Shown in pieces: positions 39,953 to 52,417 of a stretch of DNA of 64,000 nt. The DNA comes from Eledone cirrhosa (Eukaryota): assembly GCA_964016885.1 (NCBI GenBank), contig OZ024741.1:378882001-378946000 (forward strand), read 5' to 3'. Numbering within the stretch: the first letter of the stretch is position 1; each line of letters begins with the position of its first letter. A program made the translations under genes and the position numbers. A model generated the notes under the pieces. That model made no database searches, had not been told where the DNA came from, and saw nothing but the letters and a program-made list of their open reading frames with translations.

Positions 39953-42900
39953 ATGGATGTGTTAAGAGTAGGATGTTTGAATGCACGTGGCCTGGGCTCA
40001 ACTTGGAAGCAAGCATAGCTTCTAAATGACCTCAGGTCATGTAGTATAAATGTAATGGTAATCTGTGAGACTTGAATCAGCGTCGTGCGGCAGCTGGCCC
40101 CCACCTTCGATGACTTTGAGGTGCATGCATCTCTCTGTCAACCTGGAGGTGGGGGTGGGGTTGTTGTACTGCTGCAAAAACACCTGGGTCTTGCCGTACA
40201 GGTTGTGCACTCGGACCCGGAGGGTCGTTTGTTGGTGCTAGACGTTGGCAGTAGTGAAAGTGCGGCCTTGAGACTGGTCGCCGTCTACTCCTCTTTCGGA
40301 GCTGAACGGCCCGACTTCTTCCAGCATTTGAAGACTTTTCTGGGAACGTCGCGTTCCCTGCTTCTAGCGGGGGATTGGAATGACATCCTAGATGCACGTT
40401 GGGACTATGCAGGAGCATGTCCTAATAGAGGGGTGTGTAACAGCCTCAAGGGGTTACTCGACCGTTTTAACTTGGTCGATAGATATCGACTAGATCTTCC
40501 AACTGTGCTTACCTGGACTTGGAGAAACCACAGTGGTCAATCTAGATCGTACTTAGATAGATTCTTAGTTAGAAGTAAGGATAGGGACATATTAAGCTGT
40601 CCAGAAATGCGCACGGTTGGCTACACGGATCACAAATTAGTGACCTGCGTAGTCAATCTCGAGAAAACACATAGACAGGGTCCCGGTTACTGGAAACTTA
40701 ATTTGTCTTTACCGGCAAAAGAGACTTACAGAAACCGGATTAGCAGATTAGTTAAGGAGAGGTTGACGGGTGCAATCGTCAACAACCGATGGTGGGCATC
40801 TCTCAAAAGAGAGATTAGAACAGAATCAATAAGTTATAGCAAGATGTTAGCTGCCGATAGGAATAGAAACGAGAAAGAATTAACAGGTAAATTAGAAGAG
40901 GCAATCAAGAGCGAAGATGTGGCCAGAGTGCTGGCATCGAGGACGGCCTTGAACCAGTTTTTCGATGCAAAGCACGAAGGCTGCGTCATTCGAAGTAAAA
41001 TAAGTGCTCTAGGTAAAGAGGGGGCCAAAGCCGTTGGCTGGGCCCGCATGACAGAAGCTAAGAGTGGAAATCGATCCACCATCCGGTCGTTGCAAGACGA
41101 AGATGGACGGGTGATCCGGGAGCCTAAGCAGATGTGCGAGGCCTTTCAAAGGCACTTTGCCCGATTGTTCGGGGGAGGCGAGGGTCCAGGCGGGGGCGTG
41201 GATTTCGGTCCATACCTCGACGGCCTGCCGCGTCTCTCGAGCGAAGAGGCAGAGTCCTGCGAGGGACCAATCTCGGCTTATGAGATCGGAGATGCGCTGA
41301 GCCAATGCAGCAGACGCAAATCTCCAGGTCTCGATGGTATACCTTACGAACTTTATTTAGCAATGCCGGTCTTCTTCTCCGAACTCCTCGAAGCGGTCTA
41401 CTGCAATTGGCAGCAGAACGGGAGAATTCCTTGTTCTGTAGCCAAGGGCGTAGTCACGCTGGTGAGGAAGGACGAGAACAAGGGAGATAGTATAAATAAT
41501 TTTCGGCCCATAACCCTGCTAAACACAGAGTTAAAGATTTTGGCCAAGGTGTTAGCAAAGAGGTTGGCGCTTGTCGTGGGTGGCCTGGTGGGAGATGCGC
41601 AGACATGCTATCCCATCCAGGCCCATTCACGATAACCTCCACCTCATGCGATACATCATAGAGAGGGTTGGCAACAAACCCGTTTTCGGTGGGGCCCTGA
41701 TCAACTTGGATCAGTCTAAGCCCTTCGATAGGGTCGAGATGGTTACCTGGATGCGGTGCTAGCGGCGGCTGGGTTAGGTCTTGTTTTCAGAGGCTGGATC
41801 ATTGCCTTACATAGCAACCACATCTGTTCTAGGATCAAGGTGAACGGCTACCTTTCGAAGCCGTTTGAAATCACACGATCCATTCGACAGGGGTGCCCTC
41901 TCTCCTCCCTTCTGTACGTATTGACTCTCGAGCCTTTACTGAGGAAGTTGGAGTTGTTGCAGGGTATCCCCCTGGAACCAGGATTGAGCAAAGCGGTGTC
42001 GGCCTACGCCGATGATGTAACAGTAATGGTATCGACTGACTCGGAGATCGAGGCGATCGGTACCTTACTGGAGGATTACGAAAGGTTGTCAGGAGCGAAA
42101 ATGAACCGGGAAAAATCCATCGGGCTGCAACTCGGAACGTGGAGAGGCAGACCGATGCCTCCTGACGGTGTCGTCGGACACTGGACGGAGGGCCCGGTAA
42201 AGTTGCTTGGGGTCTGGTTTGGACCGGACCTCCAGGTGGAAAAGAACTGGAACGAGGTTATGAACAAGGTGTTTGCACTAACCCAGAAATGGGCCAAGTG
42301 TAAGCTGTCCCTAAAAGGCCGGGCGGAGGTGGCGAACATTTACATAGCGTCCGTCACTTCCTACCGCCTGACTGTCGTGCCTTGCCCTAAGGAAACACTC
42401 ACCACCATGGAACGCATGCCCTTCCAATTTCTTTGGAAGAAACGCCCTCCTATGGTGAGAAGATACATCTGCTGCCAACAACCTTCGAAAGGAGCGCTGG
42501 GGATGCCGTGGTTGATGATGCGTAGGCACGCATTAAGGCTACGGCACCTACAGGTATTCCTCACTGGTCAACCGGTGTGGGCTCCGTTTGTGAAACGAGA
42601 CTTTCCGAGACTCGTCTCGCTCACCGAGCTACAGTCCTGGGTCAAGCAAAGATCCGGAAAACTGGGAGAATGGCACACTGAGTGTGCTCAGGCGCTCAGG
42701 GCTCTCTGGCAAGCGGGCCAGGCCATCGGTGGAGAATCCACCTCATCATTCTATAGAGGGCTGGTGGCTAGCAGGGGCGATGACACCCTTGGAGAGTCGC
42801 TGGACATGGAAGAAGACGAACTGGCCAGCCTGTTCGGTAGGACTTTCGGCCCCGGGCCAATGGACAACTTCCAGAAGTCACTGGCCTGGCAGTGCTACCG

Positions 42901-43207
42901 GGGGGGCTCTACCCGTTCGAGAGAGGCTCTACAGACACGGGCGCCCGGGCAGGGATCCCTCAAAAAAGATTTGCCCTAGATGCGTGCGTCACGAAGAAAC
43001 CGTTGCGCACGCATTGGTGCAATGTCCGGGCGTGGCTGATCTGTGGGGCTACGCCGAACGACTGCTGTCGCGGGTGGCGCCGATTAAATTGACCGCCGAG
43101 TCCGTGATGACAATCAAACCGCCTCCCCTCTTCACAAAGGAAGCAAAGGCGGTTTTTCTGTGCGTAATAGCCATGTTGAAAGAGGTTGTTTGGTGGACAC
43201 GAGTGAA
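39953..43207 (+). pseudogene. LINE ORF2: AP endonuclease + RT + C-terminal zinc finger, disrupted
   Basis: CLNARGL, AGDWN, SYLDRF, TDH, GYWKLN, KSPGLDG, RPITLLN, LDQSKPFDRV, RQGCPLS, AYADDV, CPRC...ETVAHALVQC; stops near 40016/40073, frameshifts near 41620, 41740, 42905. Confidence 0.92.
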
Positions 43208-43335
43208 GGCACATGGCTTAGTGGTTAGAAACGTGGATTCACAATCGGAAGATTGTGAGTTTATTTACTTTAGCGAGCGTTGCATTGTGTTCTGTGGCAT
43301 GAAACTGTATTTACCGTAGCTCCAGTTTATCCAAC
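43208..43335 (+). mobile_element. tRNA-derived SINE head interrupting the LINE ORF2 end
   Basis: ggcacatggcttagtggttag (A box) ...gattcacaatc...gtgagttt (decayed B box). Confidence 0.6.
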
Positions 43336-43940
43336 ATCACTGGGGCAAAACTGTATTGGTCTTTGAGACCTGAGTCCAGTGTGTGAGTGTAGAATTGGAT
43401 CTATTTGTTGAAAACACCTTTGATATAGCCTTCCGTTTGAATTGCTGTTGAAAGCTTTTTTTTTTTAAAACGTTTTTTTTTTAAATGTTCGTGCTAGAGG
43501 TTCTTTCTTTTCCTTTTTCCTTTTCTTTTTGAAATATGTATGGCGGAGTGTATCCTAAGGCTGTGTCCTAAAAATGTTACGCTAAATATCCCCGTGATTT
43601 TTTTTTTTTTTATAAATTCCCCCAAAATATTATTTATGATGAATGCCGCATACAGCATATTTGGGGGTGTGTACCTGGCCGATGTAGACTAAGGCACCTA
43701 GGGGCAACGAAGACGTCCAAGTGACGCCAGCCGTTCAAGATTACATCCCCTCTCCCACCACAGTAGTAATTCTGATACATGAAGAAATTTTGATTAACTG
43801 GTGGAGAACGAAAGGAAGCAAGAAGTGGGCAACAATGAGTGGCTAGAAATACCGATGACGTGTACAATTCTTGACCACTCATAGAATAACGACAGGATCT
43901 AAATCAATAAACAAAGAAATTCGATGTTAAAAGACTATAG

Positions 43941-44185
43941 GAAAATCTGCTTCGTAGAATCGAGACGTATCTGACGACCGTGTTGATTTCAGAGTCAGGT
44001 GTGATCACCATACCGATCGTGCCTCGAGCTGGTCGCCCGAGAAACATTTGTAATATGTCCAATAAATTCCTTTCGTCGCAACACCGATTCTCTTTTTTCT
44101 GTGATATATACTCTGCTCTAAGAGGGAATTGAGTGCTCATACAACCTACCGCATACGGACGCTTTAAGCATCCAACACAAATTAT
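43941..44185 (+). mobile_element. pLTR-like fragment homologous to 3526-3932, with HHR at 43965-44058
   Basis: acgtat-CTGACGA-[63 nt]-GAAA-catttg-TA-atatgt; tail matches rc of 3526-3601. Confidence 0.7.
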
Positions 44186-44780
44186 ATATGGACATATATA
44201 CGTATTAGTGTATGTGTACTTCTATAAGTTTTGCGATAATGAAATCAGTTATTTGCAATTTGTATCTATACTTACAAATCTTTACACTATTACATATGAA
44301 TCTAATGGAGTTTTTATATACATTAATGAAAAGATAGCCAAAAAGAATTTAGAGAGGAAAAAAATTTGCTTTCAATTAACTTGAAATTTTCGTTGTCTTT
44401 TGTATTTTACAAAATTTAGTTGTTTCATTGAACCAGTGAGGAAATGTCAAAGTAAAGCGAATTTTAAAAATATATATATATGTTAGAACAGAAAATACTA
44501 TAATTATCTTGCAACGAATATATATCAAATACTATTGCATATAAATAGAATAATTTTGCAAAAAAAAAAAAAATTATCACATGAAGTGACTGTCTACGGT
44601 CAGCCTTCAGAAACTACGAACTCTCAATATACAGACGGCCACATATTACTATACATACATATAGATATCCTGCCTTCGCAAAATAAGCTATCGCATTTGT
44701 AGTATAGCTGCAACTTACATGCATACACACTTATATCTCTCTCTCTATATATAACAATATGTCTAATGAGGCCGCTAACC

Positions 44781-44853
<73 letters not shown>

Positions 44854-44877
44854 CCTGTATATATATATATATGCCTG

Positions 44878-44962
<85 letters not shown>

Positions 44963-44968
<6 letters not shown>

Positions 44969-45412
44969 ATACTTGGGGAGGGTAATATTTGCGTAATATT
45001 GCCAGAATTAATAACAGAACACACTCACTGTTTGGTTGGTTTTCGCTTCTCGCTGTCTTTTATTATATCTGCGATCTAACTTACTCGGTCCTCAATGTTG
45101 CCATTGATTGACCGGCGGTCAAATATAATACAGATACAATGAATATAACACCACTGACGATGTTGCAGATGTGCAACGAAAGATTTATGTAAATTATGTA
45201 AACTATATATATATATATGTGTTTGTGTCTATATTGTATCTGTATTATTTTTGACCGCCGGTCAGTCAATGGCAACATTGAGGACCGAGTAAGTTAGATC
45301 GCAGATATAATAAAAGACAGCGAGAAGCGAAAACCAACCAAACAGTGAGTCTGTTCTGTTATTAATTCTGGCAATATTACGCAAATATGACCCTCCCCAA
45401 GTATAACAATAT
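44963..45412. mobile_element. Fold-back pLTR (arms 44963-45140 / 45233-45410) with HHR in the spacer (45148-45190)
   Basis: Terminus ttgttatacttggggagggt shared with the 20584 family; ca-CTGACGA-t-gttgca(gatg)tgcaac-GAAA-gatt-TA-tg. Confidence 0.75.
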
Positions 45413-45452
45413 CTGTTTCGACACACGATTTCATATAAAAAACCTCGCAAAA

Positions 45453-45491
<39 letters not shown>

Positions 45492-45740
45492 CTAGAAGGG
45501 ATATTTAATTTGTTGAAATTCAACAAATATAAATGTTTTCTTTTTCTTTAATTCACTCCTACTAATATATCTAAACTTTCCCGAGCGTTTAAAACTCATA
45601 AAACTCATTATCATTTACATATTCATTTGCATACACATCCTAACAATTTTGAAATATCCGTCCTTTAAATCCACTCTCCAAGGAAAATTCACTGATAAGG
45701 TATGTTTCCTTGGCTAAATTTATAAAACACACTTTGTATT

Positions 45741-45794
45741 ATATCTGATGAAAGCGTACCAAAGCTTTTGGTACCCTTGAAATATATATAACAG
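45741..45794 (+). ncRNA. Degenerate hammerhead (stem I decayed)
   Basis: CTGATGA-aagcgtacca(aagcttt)tggtaccctt-GAAA-tatata-TA-acag, followed by AATAAA. Confidence 0.55.
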
Positions 45795-45837
45795 AATAAA
45801 TATGGTTTTATAAATATAGTTTCTATTTATTTAATAT

Positions 45838-45874
<37 letters not shown>

Positions 45875-48800
45875 TCTATATATATACAGGCTTAAAGGCT
45901 TCATTAGACAGATTGTTGAAACATATTTGTACGTTATATCTTTATGCTCGATAGATAGTAAATGATATGTAAATTGTGATTGTAATCCTTATATTTGGTG
46001 TAAGTTCTATTGAAAGTAATACCCTCATTTTCCAAATCTTTTTCTGTTGCATAATTATAAGGCAACAAATCGATACAAAGAATACACACCGTGTAAATAT
46101 AAAGTAGACACTATTATACGTTTCATAAACTTCGCATTTCATTCGAATTTATTCAGCATGTAACTAGACAAATTTCATATATATTAAGGTGTGCATATTC
46201 ATAATGTTAATTATAGAAGAATTCAAGTGGAAATCCAAACATTTTATATATTGCATATAATTTGATTTCTGGATCCCTGTCCTATCAAATATATACGAGG
46301 ATGACCGTTCATAACCACCTTAGAGTCTATTTAGAGTTATATTAGAAATAAGTTGTTAATCATTGGTATGTTTCAGTACAGCAATTATGTAAAACTTTTA
46401 AATGAAGTTGTGTCAATGATATATGAATTATTCGTATTGTAATTGAATACATGACATCAAAACAACTGATGCTTCTAAAATGGATTCAACATTAAGAAAT
46501 AAAATGTACTTTTGTTATTTATTATAAACATAGAATAATGTTCCAACGGCCACCTGTATAATAAATATCTAAAAGCATAAATTCAAGAAGCACAGATTTT
46601 CTGACAGGCAATTTTCCGGATAAGGAATATTTTAACTTTGATCAAAAGTCAGTTTACAAACCAGTAGCAACTTGTTACTTCGATTAATATAAATGATTTT
46701 TTTTTTATTACGAGAGTCATTAATGAATCTAATATAAAAAGACCAAACATGAAATATTTTGGCATACAAATACCATTTTTAGATATTTTAATTGAGATGG
46801 ATACCGACAAAGAAAAGTTGTTTCCAAAGCGAGCGATACAATGCCAATGGCACCGTGAAAGAACAGACGGAACCAAGGTGACCGCGTTATGGCTTAATGA
46901 AGTCGAAGGCTGTTGACGACCGAAAAGTGCGTCTACATTCTACCTTCTAGCAAACAAAAAGTGGAACTAAAAACATAAGGCGAATGAAGTCGATGGACAC
47001 CGATAGCCAAACGGTCGTCGGCGTAAAGTCGAGGGAGATGGAGCCAATAATGCACTTCGGTATTTGCTTAAGACCAGTGATGATCTTCAACAATTCTAAA
47101 ATCAATATACTTCTGTACATCTACGTCAAAACACCAGCTACTAGAAGCTCTTCCACTAGCTTTCCTGCGTGACTCTATTGAATATAATGTGTGATGAATA
47201 TTTTGCAATAACTCTTCAAGTTCTTGGAAGTTTAAAATGTTACGTGTAGAAAAATATACTTGAGATATTATTCCTTGTATTTACATTCGCTTCTCATAAA
47301 TAGCATTCCTGATATGCTAAAGACAATTTCTACCTAATTAACTAAATATCATCTGCTACAAAAATAATTGCTTAATGGTGCACCAAATACTAGGCTTGAA
47401 TGCAATTATAACTCCTTAAACTCATTGGCTGTTAAATACCTGATTGTTTCTGCAAACTGAATAAATACGCGGATATTGCTTTTCATATCATTCATGTTAG
47501 GTGGATTATAACCTGCAATGTCTACATTTATTATCAGCCATTATTTTCGATTTTTTAAACATGTTTTGGCAGCTAGGAAGGATCAGAAAATGGAACAATC
47601 ATGGAATATATTCCTGTGATCCAGCCTTTTTTTTTGTATATATTATCGTCATATAACGCGAGAGAAACATTTAGATTACTATGTCAAGATTTAGATTTCT
47701 ATTTCATATATGCCATTATCATTTTATTTTGCTGCTTTTATTATTTGTCGAGGTTTAGCGAGTGAAATACGACTACACTTCGAGGTGAAGTTTTAATATC
47801 TTCAGTAACGCTGGGATTTCGTGGTACACATGTTGTTCATGACTCATATTTCTTCCAATTACATTGTAGGCCCATGTACGACAACACTCATCTTTTTTCC
47901 ATTTCTCGGAGGGTTATAAACCCCACTATCAGGCTAGAAATTTCTTTCTGTCTAAAATACAGCGAAAGCTTATACTTTCTTCAGCAACTAAAAAAATCAA
48001 TCTGTGAACGCAGAAGTAAATAGTTTGAAAAACCTTGCAACCGAAGTAAAACAGAAAGACGATATGTGTTTCTTATATATTTGATATATTTGTTATTCTC
48101 GAGCCCTCTTTGGATTTTAGTCTTCAAATGTATTATTATTACTATCTATCTATCTCTCTATCTCTATCTCTCTCTCTCTATATATATACACATATATATA
48201 TATATATATATGAGTTTGTGAGTGGTGTTTGGGCTTCTGTTTTTTGCATGATTGTCTGTGGAATTACTATTTGTATTTCCTAGTTTGCGAGCGCGATAGA
48301 ACAATTATATTTTAATGTCAAATGCTTTGAAGATACATTGTTTCTTTCATGTTATTTATATCTATTTTGGGGCTTCTACTTTTCGAAATACAAAATATTT
48401 CTATATCATTTTGAAAGCAAATGTACAACAGAACTACTACATTGTTCTATTATATGAAACTGAACACCATATCCTTCTCTCCTTGTCTGAGAAATAGGGT
48501 ACTTTTCATTAGCATCAGTTGCTAGTCACAAAAAACCTAAAATGTTTTCAGTTGAATAATTTTCATTATAAATTATTGTAAATATTATTGCCTGTCTCAC
48601 GTTTATAAAAATGCCATAAATGTATATGGACATGAACTTCAATTTCCTGGTTTACTAGATAACATCAATTGTTAATGTATTGCATACGCTGTATCAATGT
48701 ATAACATAAATCATCGTGAAATGAATAGAAATTATATGACAATAATCAATTGCAAAACAGTAGCGACGTTTCTGCTGATAGTGAATATTACAATGTTAAC

Positions 48801-49069
48801 CTTTTTGGTCAGGTAACAAAAAGTGTTACGACAGTTAAAACTTATCTCCAAATGTATTATATATATATATAGTGTATGTGATTCAGTGACTTAATTGTGG
48901 TGGCACCAAATTGAGGCAGCAAGGCACATGCAGCGTGTATATATTAACAAAAACGGTGGCCTTTCATTTACATGTAGTTAGTTTATTATTGTATCTCGAC
49001 CTGTTTCGCGGGTATCAGATGGATACTCAATAAATGACCTAGCTACATATAAACGAAGTTTCATAGAGT

Positions 49070-49275
<206 letters not shown>

Positions 49276-52200
49276 AAGAGAGAAAGAGATTTTCTTCATA
49301 TACATATATATAGGGAGACAATAAATATTTTATAATATTAAAGGTGTTATATACCATTCGACTTATAATGCATGCCTACCTTGGGTAACCAAGCGTACCG
49401 TTTCGTTTTAGATTTGTGCTTGTATTATATTCAAAGTATACTTAATAATATGTGTGCCTTAATTGAAGTTTATTATTTCATGTTTGTCGTATCATATATC
49501 TTTTTAATGTTTTTGGTTTTCATTCCGCATTTATGTGCATGTTTCATTTATTGCAAAGGTGTTTTCTGAGTAACAACATTTTGATTAAATTTAATTAGTT
49601 ATCTTACCGTAGATAATATCTCAATTTCATTGTGTAATACATTATCATATTTTCGGAATGATACTTTATTTACGTGTTATCTCTATTGTTGATGTATATT
49701 CACAAGGTTAACGGACAGTTTAGCGTCCGTTCATAGGATGTCAAATCTCGTATTCTTATTTTCTCACAACGAGATGTCGTTTGATATCTTGCCAAGTATT
49801 TTCTCTTACAATCTTATAAATTTAGCATAATCCTCAGAGTGCAGAAAATCATACAGGTCTTGTATCTACTATTTAGTTATGTCCATTGTGTAGCCTCTGT
49901 GAACAATATAGACGCTTTGATCCTTAGTGAGACTAAGATTCATTTGTGCTCAATTTTGATTAATTGGCACTTAAGCTACAGCAACGAACATACCCATTTA
50001 TTTCCCCACTTTCTCATATTTCAGAGCAGTGTCCATGCATTTTCCTACCGCTTTAACATGTATATTTTAAATCAATTTTTAGCTTCGATGTAAATTATTG
50101 TTTCTCTTATTTTCCCCACAGTTCTCCCTCTCTTATGCACAAGCTTTCTTGTTGATGTTAGCATCAATAATAAAAAGAGATCCATATTTGTATGACTCCG
50201 TTATGTATTCAAATCTCCAATAAATTTATCTGGCAACTCCTTGAACTCTCTGTCGTGTTTTTTGTATTTTTTTATCGCGGCGGCCTAAAGCGTCAGAACA
50301 ACTATATACGATAGATGCATTCGTTTAAATCACTAGTGACTGACATCTGGAATACTTCTCGTCTAAGTGAGATGATATTATGCTTTTTATTTTGTTACAT
50401 TAGTATAGTTTTAAAAAATGGTTATCCATTTGCACATCGCTTGTTTCATGTAATACATCATTCGATCCATTATAATCTTAGCCATTGTTTCTTGAATCTC
50501 TTTTTGGTTTTGTGAATACTGAGAGAAAACTTTTCTTAGTGAATTCATACACGTAGCTCATTCTAGAGTGTTAGTTTATGGCAATTGTTTGCAGCCATAT
50601 CGCCATAGGCATTATCCCCTTTCACATTACTGAGGCATGCATATTTGACTTGTGTTCATTTCTTGTTTGAGATAATTCTGCAGTAAGAAACATCTGCTAT
50701 AGAAAGAAAGGTTATACGCCCTGACCTGTCAACTCTCCTCGTCCGACGGCGTGATTTGCAATAGCCTCTGGGGTGACATGTATTTTCTTGTGAAAATCAG
50801 TATAGCTTTCGTTATGTAAATCCTAACCATTTAGCTTAATTTCCCTTTTTTTCATGGTACTCCATCTTTTGGATTTTAGAGGTAGGCAGGTCTGTCGGTC
50901 TGTGATGTCGTTTATGGTGTCCAACACATTGAACAATTCATCATGTGTCTTGCACCGGCTAACAGATATTACACTTCTCTGATAAAAATTCATGTGTCCA
51001 TCGTAAATAGAATCTGACCTTATATATGTTTTTTACATTTTTTAGTATGGATTTTGGTCTGTATTTTTTTTATTGCTTACCTCGTATTTCCTGTTGTCTG
51101 TTAGAAACATATAGAAGAATCATGAATGGTTATACATGTGTGACACGATACTAGGAGTTCATATCTTGCAACAAAAGCAATATTCAATTATCTTATTAAT
51201 TAGTTGATAATCAGTTAATATCGTTATTTATTGCTGATGCTTGAATTTCGCTTTGTTAATCTAAACGTAATTTATTTAAGTGTTTTTTTTTTAGAATAAC
51301 ATTCGCCTGGAACATTAATGAAAACGAAATAAGTTTAACTTTTGAAATAACAGTAACGACAGCGAAGATAATAGCGATAAAGAAATAATCAGTAATGAGG
51401 ATAAATAAAATATTACTAATGTAATCAGCAACAAAACGTATGTAATAGAGTAGCGAACAGCTGCAGCAAATACATGAACATCGATGATAACTACATCAAC
51501 ATCAGCTACTTTAGACATCATTGCAATTAACAACACAATTAATCATTTCTTTATTGCCCAACTAGTGCCAACACATAAAGGGCAATACAAAAGAACAGGG
51601 AGAGTGAGGATTTACTTAAAACGCGTAAAACATGAAAAGAGGAAACACTTAAAATAAACAAGAAATTACACAATTTGTTGCTAAGGAGACATCTCCCAGT
51701 GGTAGTAGATAAAACACCGTATTCGCCAAGAACACTAGGATGGTATCCACCCCATATCCCTATGAACACTCCTACCTACAGACACATGCTTAGAATAGAC
51801 CATTCATTCGGGCCATCCTCGCTATATTCACCCACCTTTCACAAATAAACTAGGTGATTGCACTTTCCTTCCCATTATCACATCCATTTACAAATGGAAC
51901 TTGAAATAATTGATGAGGGAAACTGCCCGTTCTTCCCGAGCAAAAGAAGATGGAGGAACGATATTCACGGTAGAGTTGGTCGATAGCCTGATCTGTCCTA
52001 ATCGTGACCATTGCTGTTCAACCAATTACCTAACACTCTGCAATTTCCGAACATTTTACAACAGCTTGAAACTAACAGGAGTTTCATGTCTGTAGAGTTT
52101 GTATTTAAGTGCTGATACCACACCCTAGTCACACACACACATACGGTAACACTGATACAAGAGTGTTTTCCAGTTCAATCTTCGTAACAAAACATGTATT

Positions 52201-52417
52201 GATTTTGAAGTAGGTCAGTGTATCCGGTCTGCTGATTTTCTCGCCCACTAGATATTAACACTTCTAATATTTAACACTGCAGGCACATGCATTGAGCACC
52301 CTTTTCATATGCTATTGGCAAATAACTACATGTATCGCCTATTTCTTCTTCTTCTTCTCTCTCTCGATACTTAATTACCGCGCTCCTTTTGTAGAGCATA
52401 TCATTTTATTTGCCATC

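Larger units (their letters stand above)
37782..43620 (+). mobile_element. Tx1/L1-like non-LTR retrotransposon, near full length, decayed
   Basis: 5' UTR + ORF1 (zinc knuckle) + ORF2 (APE-RT-CCHC); ends approximate. Confidence 0.85.

Noticed and set aside
48991-49030. Minus-strand hairpin-GAAA-cagg-TC as an HHR
   Set aside because: 5' core CUGANGA is absent; at most a remnant
49600-51050. Possible minus-strand decayed RTE-like RT
   Set aside because: No unambiguous RT motif could be read by eye; needs a translated HMM search
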